A stretch of DNA of 64,000 nt from an uncultured Nitrososphaeraceae archaeon. Its GTDB lineage: Archaea > Thermoproteota > Nitrososphaeria > Nitrososphaerales > Nitrososphaeraceae. The stretch is from assembly GCA_963765895.1 (NCBI GenBank), contig CAVXZB010000064.1:1-64000 (forward strand). Reading direction: 5' to 3'. The translations under genes were made by a program, and so were the position numbers. Shown here piece after piece: positions 10,960 through 21,650 of the stretch. The first letter of the stretch is position 1. Each line of letters opens with the position of its first letter. Below the pieces are notes generated by a model. It had not been told where the DNA came from, did no database searches, and saw only the letters and a list, made by a program, of their open reading frames with translations.

Positions 10960-11382
10960 ATGAATATAAAGAGAGCATTGACGATAGTCACAATAGTTGC
11001 AGGACTCGTAGCACTAAGTGTGACAGTTTCTGGGACCCGAAATTTAGGTATGCCTCATGCCTTGGCAGCTGAAGTAAAAGCTGTGTCAATCGTACCGGGA
11101 GCATCAACTCTTGCTGACAAAGCCTTCTCTCCAGATGAAATCAAGATCAAGTCTGGTGATTCGGTAAAGTGGACTAACGATGATGCAATGTTTCATACGG
11201 TAGTGTCTGGCTCCGGAATAAATGATCCCGCGAAAGGCAAGGAATTTGATTCTGGTTTGTCCGGACCTAATGCACTAACTACAAAAGGCAAAACATTTAC
11301 CCATACCTTTACAAAGGCAGGAGAATTTCCGTATTTCTGTCAGCTGCATCCAACAATGGTTGGGAAAGTCGAAGTATCATGA
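10960..11382 (+). CDS. Secreted blue (type 1) copper protein, plastocyanin/azurin family
   Basis: Signal peptide; WTN..HTV and YFCQLHPTMVG copper ligands. Confidence 0.93.
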   Translation: MNIKRALTIVTIVAGLVALSVTVSGTRNLGMPHALAAEVKAVSIVPGASTLADKAFSPDEIKIKSGDSVKWTNDDAMFHTVVSGSGINDPAKGKEFDSGLSGPNALTTKGKTFTHTFTKAGEFPYFCQLHPTMVGKVEVS

Positions 11383-11647
11383 AAATGTCGAAAAAACTTA
11401 AGCAGTTCATGTAAAACATGATACTTCCTTTTTTGGTTTAAACCTAAGGCCTCATTTTTTGATTGATCAATTTTTCAAGAACAAAATGAGGTAGTTATTC
11501 CAAAATATCAATGAACTAGTAAATTCTTCATTTATGACTGCTAATATAAACACGCATCAACTGTAAAAACACGTTTTTAAGGCTGGTCGCATTCCTTGTA
11601 ATCTGTGATTAATTACGAATTCTTGTACTCATTTACTAAGGAAGATC

Positions 11648-12007
11648 TTGTCAATTGATAACTCTATTAGGTGGATTGGAATAGCCAACAAATTCGGCGT
11701 GCTTATTAATGCAGAGTATAGAGAGCAACTCCAACCATTGATGTCTGAAGAAGAAAACGAGGAATATGCGTCACTTACAGTCACAAGATACAAGACTCGA
11801 ATCAAGTTTCAGCCAAAAATTGGCCAATTAATATACGCCTTCGCAAAATATGAGAAGCTTTGCAGAGCAACTATTCATATTAATGATGACTATTTCTTGT
11901 TGCTTACGCTAGATAGTAAAACTAAAAACTTTGACGAGATTCTGACAGAAAAAGTAATCCCAATGGTTCAACAACGTAGACAATTATTCACCGATAATGG
12001 AAAGTAA
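11648..12007 (+). CDS. Thaumarchaeal conserved hypothetical protein (DUF6659-like)
   Basis: IRWIGIAN..G...YRE.L.PL ... G.L.YAFAKYEK pattern typical of this expanded AOA family (recognition from memory). Confidence 0.65.
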   Translation: MSIDNSIRWIGIANKFGVLINAEYREQLQPLMSEEENEEYASLTVTRYKTRIKFQPKIGQLIYAFAKYEKLCRATIHINDDYFLLLTLDSKTKNFDEILTEKVIPMVQQRRQLFTDNGK

Positions 12008-12286
12008 ACGGGCATTTTTGTAAACTTTAATTCATTGGATAACAACCAATATCGATTTAATGGAACTTAACAGGATAGATGGATTTACATTCTTTCTAAC
12101 GCCCATTCGGCATATCCAATGGCGTTTAAAAAAATGAATTAAGGTCAGATACACTATAGTATATGGTTGTTGGTGATTCACTAGTACCAAATTATGTTCT
12201 CTGCTGCCTGAAAATTTGGTTCCCTAACAGGCGGAAACCCTCATTTTAGTTCCAAAAATTTCGAGTTTTGAATATAGAATTATAGA

Positions 12287-12730
12287 TTGGTAATGTTACA
12301 TTCATTGGCATATATGTCTGATGCAAAAAAAGATAATTCTAGCGATGGTTCGCATTTCCATGATGCGGCTACTTTACTCCTTAAGGGAGGCTGCCTAATC
12401 GGGGAGTCTTGTCCAGATTGCTCTGGTGTTCAGATAAAATTTAAGGGTGATACCATTTGCGTAAATTGTGGGAAAACTCGTTCAGTGAATAATGAATCGA
12501 GAACAAAATCCGGTCAGTCTGGCATTCAACAAGTTGAGAACGAATCCTCCAGACCCATGACAGATTTATCAAAAATTGAAAAGATGGTAATTAACAGGAT
12601 TGGTCATTTGATGACGGACCTGAATAGTCAGAATGATCTACTAAATGAGACTCGTGTAGCTGATTTGATCGAGACGTACTTACGGATATTCAAGAAAATT
12701 AGAAATCTAGACCAATTTAAAATGCCTTGA
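12287..12730 (+). CDS. UPF0148 / autoantigen p27-like zinc-ribbon protein
   Basis: LLLKGG.L..ESCPDC ... CVNCG followed by coiled-coil C-terminus. Confidence 0.8.
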   Translation: MVMLHSLAYMSDAKKDNSSDGSHFHDAATLLLKGGCLIGESCPDCSGVQIKFKGDTICVNCGKTRSVNNESRTKSGQSGIQQVENESSRPMTDLSKIEKMVINRIGHLMTDLNSQNDLLNETRVADLIETYLRIFKKIRNLDQFKMP

Positions 12731-12768
12731 CTCGAGACCAACAAAGTTGGTACCACTAAATTCTAAGC

Positions 12769-13059
12769 TTATGTACTATTACTACTCGTATGATTGCTTA
12801 CAAGGGCTCTAAGGGACGGAGGAGTCAACAGCAATTTAGGGTCAGTAACGACGGGTTGTTTAGGAAGATCATATTGCTGTCTTAGGGTCTTTTGTTGTTC
12901 TAACTGAGTGTCTGAAGAGAATGATGGCCCGATATGTCCAATCCATACCCATAGCAAGATTACAAGTGCAAGTGATACTCCCATAACTAGAATGGATAAT
13001 GCTATAGCCGTCATGTTTCTGTAGCCGTGACCTGCTTCTTCTTCATGATGCGCACACAT
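12769..13059 (-). CDS. Small single-pass membrane protein (hypothetical)
   Basis: One long hydrophobic helix; TATA-like element upstream. Confidence 0.7.
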   Translation of the reverse strand: MCAHHEEEAGHGYRNMTAIALSILVMGVSLALVILLWVWIGHIGPSFSSDTQLEQQKTLRQQYDLPKQPVVTDPKLLLTPPSLRALVSNHTSSNST

Positions 13060-13229
13060 CTTACGACATAGAATGTTCCCTTGCTATTAAAAATATTTGC
13101 CTTCTATAATCATAGGATACGAGAATGAGAATATATGACATTAACCTTCGATAGATACAGAAGCATGTTCTTATCTAATTTGCTGATTGGAAAAAATTAA
13201 AATGAGCACCGTATTTCAGTAGTGTCGTC

Positions 13230-13700
13230 ATGATTAAAGAAAAATTGGAGTCACTAAAGATAAACCTGCCTCAAGCTTCCAGATCCGCAGGCTTGTACGT
13301 CCCTGTAATGATAACTGGTAATCTTGTGTTCCTTTCGGGGCAGCTACCGATAGCACAAGGCGTGGATTCAAGTGGTGTTAGGTTCAAAGGTAAAGTAGGC
13401 AAGGATATTTCAATAGAGGATGGCAGATTAGCCGCTAGGCTTTGCACGCTAAATGCGCTATCACAGCTAGAAATTGCATTAGGAAGTCTTGATAAGATCA
13501 ATAAATTTATAAAGATTTCTGGTTTTGTAAACTGCGAGGCATCATTTACCGAACAGTCTAAGGTTATTGATGGAGCCTCTGATTTGATCTTGCAGATATT
13601 TGAAGAGAGAGGGAGACATAGTCGCGTGGCGCTAGGAATGAATAGTCTTCCCTTAGATGGTGCTGTAGAAATTGATTATATAGTAGAAAAGGAAGGATGA
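13230..13700 (+). CDS. RidA/YjgF family protein
   Basis: LVFLSGQLP, GRHSRVALG..SLPLDGAVEID. Confidence 0.9.
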   Translation: MIKEKLESLKINLPQASRSAGLYVPVMITGNLVFLSGQLPIAQGVDSSGVRFKGKVGKDISIEDGRLAARLCTLNALSQLEIALGSLDKINKFIKISGFVNCEASFTEQSKVIDGASDLILQIFEERGRHSRVALGMNSLPLDGAVEIDYIVEKEG

Positions 13701-13872
13701 TCATGATATAGGAAGATCTCGAATTTAGTCTGGTGCCATTCTATGACTAGCCATTTTGGGATATGTATTACTCATCATTATTAAGGATACAAAAAATCTG
13801 TCATGGTATAAACATAGATTGCCAGACCTAGGCAGCTATTAACCAGAAGCAACTTTATAATTACAGAGGAGT

Positions 13873-13998
13873 TTACTCGATAGCTCTAGTAACTTCATTA
13901 GAATGAAATTCGTCATAATGTTTCTCTGCGTCTCTTCTCGTCAAGAACTCCTTACCGCAATCTTTACATCGAAAGGTCCCAGCCTCATACTCAGTCAT
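13873..13998 (-). CDS. Small C2H2 zinc-finger protein (41 aa)
   Basis: FRCKDCGKEFLTRRDAEKHYDEFH; ATG at 13998 with TATA box about 25-30 nt upstream. Confidence 0.75.
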   Translation of the reverse strand: MTEYEAGTFRCKDCGKEFLTRRDAEKHYDEFHSNEVTRAIE

Positions 13999-14163
13999 TC
14001 TATAAATTACTTGTTTGCCTAGCCATATAAATAATATGCAAGTTAATTCAGTCACTTGCATTATTTAGCGAACCATTACCACGGAAGTTCGATTTTAGGC
14101 GGCTAAATTCTTTACCGTTGCCAAGGCCAAGTGATACACAAATATAATGATTTATCGATAGCA

Positions 14164-14492
14164 AGATCGCGGAGACAGGGAGGATCGGGGTGCTAGCCGT
14201 ACCCCAAACTAGAAATCGGCTTCATGCTAGGATCAGTAACTGCTGGGTAAATCCATAAGTGAGAGGAACCTACTTACATCGCTGGAATGAAATCATGCCG
14301 TGTTGGATGGTCGTGAGCAGCAACCTGTGTGAAGGCACAGTTTTGACTGCATATCATCGAAATGGATGAGGTCCGGGAGGGAGCAATCCTAAGGTGGCAT
14401 AATCATGCTGGCACGTCTACGTGGTGGATCTCGCGGAGTTTGAAACAGGGCCTAACATTTATGGCGGTACCAGCAGGCTGTCTTCGCAATCT
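14164..14492 (+). ncRNA. Archaeal signal recognition particle (7S) RNA
   Basis: Terminal helix agatcgcggagacag/ctgtcttcgcaatct; Alu helices 3 (ggggtgc-tagcc-gtacccc) and 4 with complementary loops agccg/cggct; helix 6 ctgtgt-GAAG-gcacag; helix 8 gaggtcc-GGGA-gggagca; TATA near 14142. Confidence 0.92.
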
Positions 14493-14560
14493 GATATATC
14501 CATCATTAAGTGAATTTTTAACTTCTCGACAAAAGTTACATCACCAATTATGCAAAATAC

Positions 14561-15565
14561 TCAAAGCCAGTGTCTAATTTTAAGAAAATCTGTCTGAATT
14601 GATTCCTTCCTCAGTAGTTTAAGAAGAGCTGTTGCCTCTGGGACAGATAACACTAACTTGCTAAACGAATTGTCAGAGCTGATCCTTGGACAAGCGATCT
14701 GAATGAAGACGTCGATATCCCTGAAATTTTGAAGACGCTCATCACTTATATCAGTCAATGCTATCAATTGAACATTTTTTCCTTCCCTCTGGAACGATCT
14801 TCTTAATTCCAGGGCCTTTAATTTTGAAAACTGTCCCTCCTTTAGGCCTATTATAATTCCAATTTTTTCAGCGTCCAATGCCTTATAAACAGCTAGGACC
14901 GATTTTTTTTGCATTTGAATTGCGAAGTCATTGACTTGAGTATGCTGTTGAAAATATGGATCTAGCATATAAGTCGGTTTTCCAGTCGATGCCGCGATAG
15001 CGGCAGAATGAAACATGCTTTGCCCAAGAAACATAAATGCATCAACTTTCTCGATTAAATCAAAAGCTGGATAAAATTCGCAGCCAAACACTTGAGCGTC
15101 ATTCAATTGACCCTTACCTTTACCAATGAGGACAGTATAACCATATTGACTAAATATTTCCTTTACGCTCTGTATCTGGTGAAGGTGTTGGCTAGTTGTT
15201 AATAATGATACTGTCGAGTATCTACCTTGAAGATTCATAGCACAATCTGAAGCTACACGATCAAAGCTTACATTATCATAGGCGTTAATCATAACCACTT
15301 TTGGACCTAGAGTTTCAAAGGCTATTGTGTGAGCCACATTAAAAAGAAGATCCGCCCCCAATAAGTCAGCACCACGCGTGTTAACATCACAGGAACCCCA
15401 GGAAGCATCCCCCAATATGTACACAGGTATGTCAAATTCCCTAGTAATGTTCTCTGCATTTTTTTGCAATTGCGATAGAATCCCTTCTGGACCACTGAGG
15501 GCAACGGATCGAGGACTTCTATCCCGAATCACTTCAAACATTCTTTTCTCGTCTATGACTATCAA
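14561..15565 (-). CDS. dph2: Diphthamide biosynthesis enzyme Dph2
   Basis: Three Fe-S cysteines WGSCD, QVFGCEF, IACPRI; PEG motif; GLKEGQ. Confidence 0.92.
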   Translation of the reverse strand: MIVIDEKRMFEVIRDRSPRSVALSGPEGILSQLQKNAENITREFDIPVYILGDASWGSCDVNTRGADLLGADLLFNVAHTIAFETLGPKVVMINAYDNVSFDRVASDCAMNLQGRYSTVSLLTTSQHLHQIQSVKEIFSQYGYTVLIGKGKGQLNDAQVFGCEFYPAFDLIEKVDAFMFLGQSMFHSAAIAASTGKPTYMLDPYFQQHTQVNDFAIQMQKKSVLAVYKALDAEKIGIIIGLKEGQFSKLKALELRRSFQREGKNVQLIALTDISDERLQNFRDIDVFIQIACPRISSDNSFSKLVLSVPEATALLKLLRKESIQTDFLKIRHWL

Positions 15566-16160
15566 CCTATATCAGAACCTTTCCCAATCTGGACTACATG
15601 TTAAAGTTCAGTGGCAGATAATAAAAATCATTAGAAGCGTATGAAATGAGATCATTATATTTCTGAATATCGAGACCTCTGTACACTTGATTAATTACAG
15701 GCCAAGATCTTTGTCATCCTGATATACTTAACAGAAATATTTTCTTCATTTAAACACACTCGTCTATTTCCCAATAGAAGTAGATTAGTATGGGGAATAA
15801 TGGGGATATGTGAAAGGAAGCTTAGGGTTCAATTATGAAATGTGACAGTTTAACAGGAATTATTTCAATCTTACCTAGTTGAGCTAGGGCAAGAATAAAG
15901 TTCTTATTGTATCCATTCAAGATTCGCGTATTTAAAGCGAATCGAGAAGTTTCTGTATGGTTCGAAATATATCAGAAACTATTTTTTTATAAACTAATGA
16001 TTATCGCTCTAGTACAGGATAGACAAAATCGAGATGATGGATCATAGATGACTGGAGTGATTGCCTATTGGTCTGGGAGAACATATAAGAATAAACCTTC
16101 TACGTAATACAGATATTAAATGATTAGATCAGAATATCCTGAACTAGGGATGCTATTGAT

Positions 16161-17120
16161 CTAGTTATTATTCTTATCGGGCTTATCGTCACTTAGTAGC
16201 TTTAGGTTTTTACATACCGAGCAAATTGAGCTTGAAGAATCACGATTACAAACCGAACATTTCCTTCTTGTTTGTGACTTTGATGTATCCATCTTCAAAG
16301 ATTTCGAAATCTTAACCGCAGAATTATATGCATTATATTTTATGCCTGGACGGTCAATTTCAAGTGTGTTCAAAAAATTACGAAGATCTGTGCGTATGCT
16401 TTCATTACTGTGGGGACATTCCTCAGACTGAAACGGTATTCCTCGCTGCAATGCATAAAAGACCAACTCTTGTTCATAGATCTCTACGAGAGGCTTTATT
16501 TTTTTAATATTATTCTTCCCATATTCTACAGGTTCAGGGTATATCCATCCAATTCTATCTACGTCTCCAGATAAGAGATTTATGAAGAAAGTCTGCAATT
16601 GATCATCTAAATTGTGGCCAGTTGCAATAATACTAGCACCTATTGATTCCGAAACAAGATCAATAGCTCTTCTGCGAAAAGTTCCACAAAATGAGCAAGA
16701 GCTAATTTTTTCAGAGGGTCTTTTTGATAATACTTCTTCCATTTCAACCCCAAACGTATCACTAAATTTCAAGACTCGATTCTCAACTCCAATCTCTGAA
16801 CAAAAATCCTTTGCAATTTTTAATCCTTCGTCACGGTAGCCAGGAATCCCCTCATCTATCGTGACGGCTGTGATTGTAAGGTAATCTCTATTACCATAGA
16901 TTTTGTTCAAAAGGTAAAGCAATGATAGACTGTCCTTGCCACCAGATACGGCGACAGCGACCTTGTCTTGATAATTAAGCATGGAATATTTGTTAATACA
17001 TCTCTTGGCTTTGTCTTCGATTGAAAATAGGAAACAGCTTCGGCACAGATATTCACCAGAATATCCCCTGTGATAGATAATTTCACCGTCATTGCACCTT
17101 GTGCAAAACTTTGTAGTCAA
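16161..17120 (-). CDS. tRNA 2-thiolation protein, TtuA/NcsA (Ctu1-like) family
   Basis: N-terminal CxxC/CxxC, PP-loop AVSGGKDS, CSFCGTFRR, ATGHNLDD, C-terminal Zn finger; TTG start at 17120 chosen (ORF extends to 17339). Confidence 0.9.
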   Translation of the reverse strand: MTTKFCTRCNDGEIIYHRGYSGEYLCRSCFLFSIEDKAKRCINKYSMLNYQDKVAVAVSGGKDSLSLLYLLNKIYGNRDYLTITAVTIDEGIPGYRDEGLKIAKDFCSEIGVENRVLKFSDTFGVEMEEVLSKRPSEKISSCSFCGTFRRRAIDLVSESIGASIIATGHNLDDQLQTFFINLLSGDVDRIGWIYPEPVEYGKNNIKKIKPLVEIYEQELVFYALQRGIPFQSEECPHSNESIRTDLRNFLNTLEIDRPGIKYNAYNSAVKISKSLKMDTSKSQTRRKCSVCNRDSSSSICSVCKNLKLLSDDKPDKNNN

Positions 17121-17621
17121 CAGCGCATTAGTTGAGTTCCCCTCTATAATATTTCTTGATATGTCTATGACAACCCTGAAATAAAAGCTCAGATAGCTTT
17201 GCTTTTCTGTCTGTAGTTCAGAAAAGACTAACACAGTCTTTTTCCCAAATTTGATCAAGAATAAGTAAATTGCTTTGCTGCATACACCCATCAGCCATTT
17301 TGTTTGAATTGTCCTCTGCTTTTGACAGCTATACATCATTAACCTGAAGATGAACTATGTAGAATAGGCCAAACCTATCTCCCAAATGCCAGCCGAATAT
17401 ATTCAATCTTGCTGAAACTTGCCCTGGCAGCTTCGCCCAAATGTTTGGGCTCATATCCGCATGGCAGATTCTAGTCCGTAAAGTGACTTTATTATAAATG
17501 ACCAATTCATTATCTCCTAAACCTAAGGATTAAAACGGAAGTATATAGAATAGCTTTGCGTCCCTACTATCATTAGACACGGACGTAAAGAGATAAAGCA
17601 TAGAGGAAAATAAGACTACTA

Positions 17622-17957
17622 ATGAACGAAAAGGATAACGCAATACAGTATAAAGTTAATATGTTGACTGATACAGGTGTAAACGTTACAATTAATCTTG
17701 TAGAGGATGTGGAGCTCGAACCGCTCACCCAACAACAGCTAATGTTAGATGCCATCGATAATGTTGTGACAGACAAGGACGTGAAGGAGCAGATAAAACC
17801 ATTTCTTGAAGCAATCCTAAAATCTCAGCCCCAGACCGTGATAAACACTTATGCTCAAACTGCCATTCAGATTACTATGCCTAAGGCTCGATATCAGAAG
17901 ATTGGCAGGCCACAGGTAGGGGAAAATTTGATTATTGATGTTAAGAAAACAGGCTAA
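17622..17957 (+). CDS. Conserved hypothetical protein, possibly arcadin-1-like
   Basis: Clean 111-aa ORF; beta-helix-beta pattern ending YQKIGRPQVGENLIIDV; family call is an inference. Confidence 0.6.
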   Translation: MNEKDNAIQYKVNMLTDTGVNVTINLVEDVELEPLTQQQLMLDAIDNVVTDKDVKEQIKPFLEAILKSQPQTVINTYAQTAIQITMPKARYQKIGRPQVGENLIIDVKKTG

Positions 17958-18584
17958 TCTTTTATTCAACTACATCCAATAGTGGTCAAGGACCGCGATA
18001 ACACTTATTAATAGCAAAAAATATCGAAATCACAAAATGTGCCATTCATAATATTAGCACTTGATACAATTAGTTTCTGTTAATTAGTTTCTGTTACTAA
18101 ACATTTTTGGTGACTACTAACCACATCGACCAGAGAAAAGATGAAATCTCTGAAAATAATATTCCGGAATTGATCACCACCTACGAATCATTTGGGATAA
18201 AAATGCCTTCAAATTTGGGTAACAGTTCACAAAGGTTCTAATCCGCCTAAGGGTAGCGACTCACGGACATAAAATTCGTATAGTTATAAGCAGTGGCCAA
18301 GTTAGACGCTCAAATTAATGTATATCCGGTTCCAGTAACCCTCAGGCATTAATCTTTACGTTACCCTATGAAGATAGGAAAAGAAGTACGCTTTGTTAAT
18401 CACATAAAACAATTCTCAAAATCGATACGATCTAAATTGCAATATTTGAATATCTGGTTGAGTTTGATTACTTAGCATCGTATACAATTGTGGGACGATA
18501 ATCTAATAAAAGGCCATCTCTTCTTTGGAACTGTGCCTACGATTTTATGTTCACTTATGAGTGGATTTGCAGATTTAGTATTTG

Positions 18585-19559
18585 CTATCTACCAATATAC
18601 AGTAAATAAGATTCCAGTGATTGATGTCCTGGGTTCAGGCCAGAATCAATGCCAATACATGCATATGTAAAACGAAAACTGCTTAGAGACAGGAATGTAA
18701 TTAGCTGGTTTGTATTTAGGTGCATCTGTCCCTCTCGTATATCTCGCATGATAAAACTATCCCCCTTACTTTGAACAGCTGAGACAAGATGAATATTGTA
18801 TAGTCTTCGATCATTAGCCATCCTTAGTGACCTTAGATAAGGTTTATTATTTGTCCAATTTCGCACTTCTGTTAGAATGCGGAAAGGAAGCTCTGTCTGT
18901 AATTCATTATAGATGGTATTCTTCTGATTCTTGGTGAGATTTGTGATCTGATCCAATTTTTCAGGCCTACATCTTCGTTTCTGGATTCCAATATTAGAGA
19001 TTTCATCATCAAGGTAAATAGAGATAGAATAAACTTCTAGACAGTCATGACATATATCAGCGTAGATGTATGCTACATCCTTATAACCAGATGCATCAAC
19101 TGGTCCAGGAGAAAAATTCAAATCATTAATTAGGGATCCTGCGGAGTAGGTCTGAGTATTATATGTACTGCGAATTTGTTGATTCGTGTTAGAATAGATT
19201 CGCTGGGAGTAATGGACATTATTAGGGAAAGAGTTGTTGAGTCTTTCGCTAAACCGGGCTGCCTTTTCCATAAAGGCTAGACCATTATCTATAGGATCGC
19301 TGTCATTTGAATATCGGTGAATCCTAGAATGATTGTTAGAATTCGGAATTGCTATGTAATGTCTTATATTCCCTGCATAGTATGTCCGTGAAGGGCTTAC
19401 TTTTTGATCGACTAGATCTGAATGGCAACTGGTCGGTTTGTAGTTATTGATCGGAACTGTCAAACCATTGTGTTTTCTTTCAATATGTACCTGCATATTG
19501 TAGCGCCTGCTGCTTTCTTGTGAACATAAAGGACAAGAATACTTCTTTACTCTACCCAA
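18585..19559 (-). CDS. Lineage-specific protein with N-terminal C2H2 zinc finger and internal CxxC
   Basis: YSCPLCSQESSRRYNMQVHIERKH; ICHDCL. Confidence 0.7.
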   Translation of the reverse strand: MGRVKKYSCPLCSQESSRRYNMQVHIERKHNGLTVPINNYKPTSCHSDLVDQKVSPSRTYYAGNIRHYIAIPNSNNHSRIHRYSNDSDPIDNGLAFMEKAARFSERLNNSFPNNVHYSQRIYSNTNQQIRSTYNTQTYSAGSLINDLNFSPGPVDASGYKDVAYIYADICHDCLEVYSISIYLDDEISNIGIQKRRCRPEKLDQITNLTKNQKNTIYNELQTELPFRILTEVRNWTNNKPYLRSLRMANDRRLYNIHLVSAVQSKGDSFIMRDIREGQMHLNTNQLITFLSLSSFRFTYACIGIDSGLNPGHQSLESYLLYIGR

Positions 19560-20063
19560 TCAAATACACTTGAATGTTGCGCATATCCTCTGCGATGGAT
19601 GCAGTTGCTTTGCAGTTACTGCAGTAACTGCAAAGCAATCTCCTTCATTTTCTGATTCCAAATTACTAATAAATGTACTAGAACTTTATAATATAAAAGT
19701 CTCAAGTCGTATTATCTTTAATTATTATAAGAGTTCATCCAGCCGACACAAGAATAAACGAATTCTAGTTATTTAGAAAATTTTGCACTACGCTTAGGAA
19801 GGTGTATCACACAACTAAGGCATCGCATCAAGATATTATCTGCAGATCCTTCCTTCATTAGGGATTGTTTTATTCCTGCTTAATAACATCAACCAAATTC
19901 AATATTTGATAATCTGTGAGTCGATAAAAATTAAATTGGAAGGACAAGTAACAACATAATTAAGCATATTGACTTTAATTATCGAATTAGCAATAGATCT
20001 CTGCAGTTTGGTAACGCGTTCTATTTATGAATAATTCTTATATCTAAAATCTACATTCATGTT

Positions 20064-21218
20064 ATGGATCTAACCAGAGAGGAAGAAAAACTACTCGATG
20101 GTACTGAGGGCGATACAGTCTCTACTGCCTATAGAATATTATTGGCTGTAGGCGAAGCCACACACGCCAACAAACTTGTACCCATACAATGGGCCCATAT
20201 TTCTGGTGTGAATTACAATACCATCGGTGAGTCCGGAAGGAAATTTCTGGAACAATTCTGTCTTGATGCGAAGGTTAAAGTCAACACGACAATAAATCCG
20301 ATGGGGTTTGATCGAGAGAAGCCATCAGGAGTCTCGCAGGAATTTATCAGTAAGCAGATGAGTATTGTAAATTCTTATAAAAATATTGGAACAATCGAAT
20401 CATTCACTTGTATCCCCTATGAAGCCTACCAGCTTCCGAAGGCCAATACTTTTGTTAGTCTTGCTGAAACTAATGCAGCAGTATTCGCAAATTCTATGTT
20501 AGGATTAAAGACTAACAAAGAGAGCGCGTTAAGTGCACTGGCCGGAGCAATAACCGGGAAGGCTCCATTATCTGATTTAAGGATTGAGGAGCTAAGAGCA
20601 CCAAAGTATATGATAAGATCTTCATTAGATATGAGTACAGAACTAGATTATGGCCTATTAGGATATTTTGCTGGAAAAGAAATCAGAGCGAGTAGTGTTG
20701 GGATTAGCGGAGTACAAGTTAAAGGTATAGCAGAGGCAAAGGCCTTATCAGCAGGTATTGGAACAACAGGCGATTTAGGAATGTTTACCCTGAACAGCGA
20801 ATCTACAGGAGAAGCAATATCATTCGGCGAGAGTGAAGCTAATTCAATTAGAGAGGAGCTAAATTCTACCGAGAGAGGCGACGTTATCCTCTTCGGAAGT
20901 CCACAGCTGGGTATACCTGAATTGAAATTACTTGCGACGAATACAGAGGGTAAAAAATTCACAAGACCTTGTCTTATTTTTTGTGCCAGACAGATTCATA
21001 ATCAGGCGAAATCTATTGGATTAGTTGATCGGCTAGAAAGTACTGGAGCTCAATTTATGTGCGATTGTTGCACCTGTCTAACACCCCTCATTACGAAGGG
21101 AAATGCTGATTCTGTCGTAACAAATAGCGTCAAAGGAGCGTACTATATGAAAAATGCAAATAAATTAGATGTTGCCCTAAGAGACTCTAAATCAATAACT
21201 GAGGAGTATATGAACTAA
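20064..21218 (+). CDS. Aconitase X large subunit (phosphomevalonate dehydratase, modified mevalonate pathway)
   Basis: HISGVNYNTIG, TTINPMG, FTCIPY, E.NAAVFANS, VVTNSVKGAYY; adjacent DUF126 subunit. Confidence 0.88.
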   Translation: MDLTREEEKLLDGTEGDTVSTAYRILLAVGEATHANKLVPIQWAHISGVNYNTIGESGRKFLEQFCLDAKVKVNTTINPMGFDREKPSGVSQEFISKQMSIVNSYKNIGTIESFTCIPYEAYQLPKANTFVSLAETNAAVFANSMLGLKTNKESALSALAGAITGKAPLSDLRIEELRAPKYMIRSSLDMSTELDYGLLGYFAGKEIRASSVGISGVQVKGIAEAKALSAGIGTTGDLGMFTLNSESTGEAISFGESEANSIREELNSTERGDVILFGSPQLGIPELKLLATNTEGKKFTRPCLIFCARQIHNQAKSIGLVDRLESTGAQFMCDCCTCLTPLITKGNADSVVTNSVKGAYYMKNANKLDVALRDSKSITEEYMN

Positions 21219-21221
21219 TAA

Positions 21222-21650
21222 TTGAGAATCAAATGTCATAGGATTGTTGGTGGTCAAGGAGTAGGAGATGTAATAATTACTAGACAGCCGATAAATTTTC
21301 TTACAATGTTTAATACCAATAATGGAAATGTTATTAATCAAAATCATGAATTATTTGGAAAATCTGTGAAGGACACGGTTTTAGTATTTCCTAAAGCAAT
21401 AGGCAGCAGCGTGGGTGCATATACTATCTACTCGTTGAAATCTATGAATACAGCACCTGTAGCGATGGTTTGTACAGAGCAGACGGATATAATTACTGCA
21501 TCGGGTTGTGCGATATCCAATATACCGTTGGTAAAACTAACTGATGAACTTCCAGTGCTTTCACTCCACTCTAGACTAAGAATAGTTGTAGATGCCGATA
21601 ATGAGACGTTACTCGTAAAAAAAATAAGGAGCTTCAATCATTATAGCTAG
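21222..21650 (+). CDS. Aconitase X small (swiveling, DUF126) subunit
   Basis: HELFGKSV..LVFP..GSSVGAY motif; coupled to large subunit. Confidence 0.88.
   Translation: MRIKCHRIVGGQGVGDVIITRQPINFLTMFNTNNGNVINQNHELFGKSVKDTVLVFPKAIGSSVGAYTIYSLKSMNTAPVAMVCTEQTDIITASGCAISNIPLVKLTDELPVLSLHSRLRIVVDADNETLLVKKIRSFNHYS

Noticed and set aside
14362-14577. 71-aa ORF
   Set aside because: Overlaps the SRP RNA
17121-17339. N-terminal extension of TtuA/NcsA
   Set aside because: No family similarity before the first CxxC; likely ORF-caller over-extension
18225-18262. tRNA T-arm-like remnant (ggttctaatcc) as att site
   Set aside because: Too short and no cloverleaf or matching tRNA end in the window
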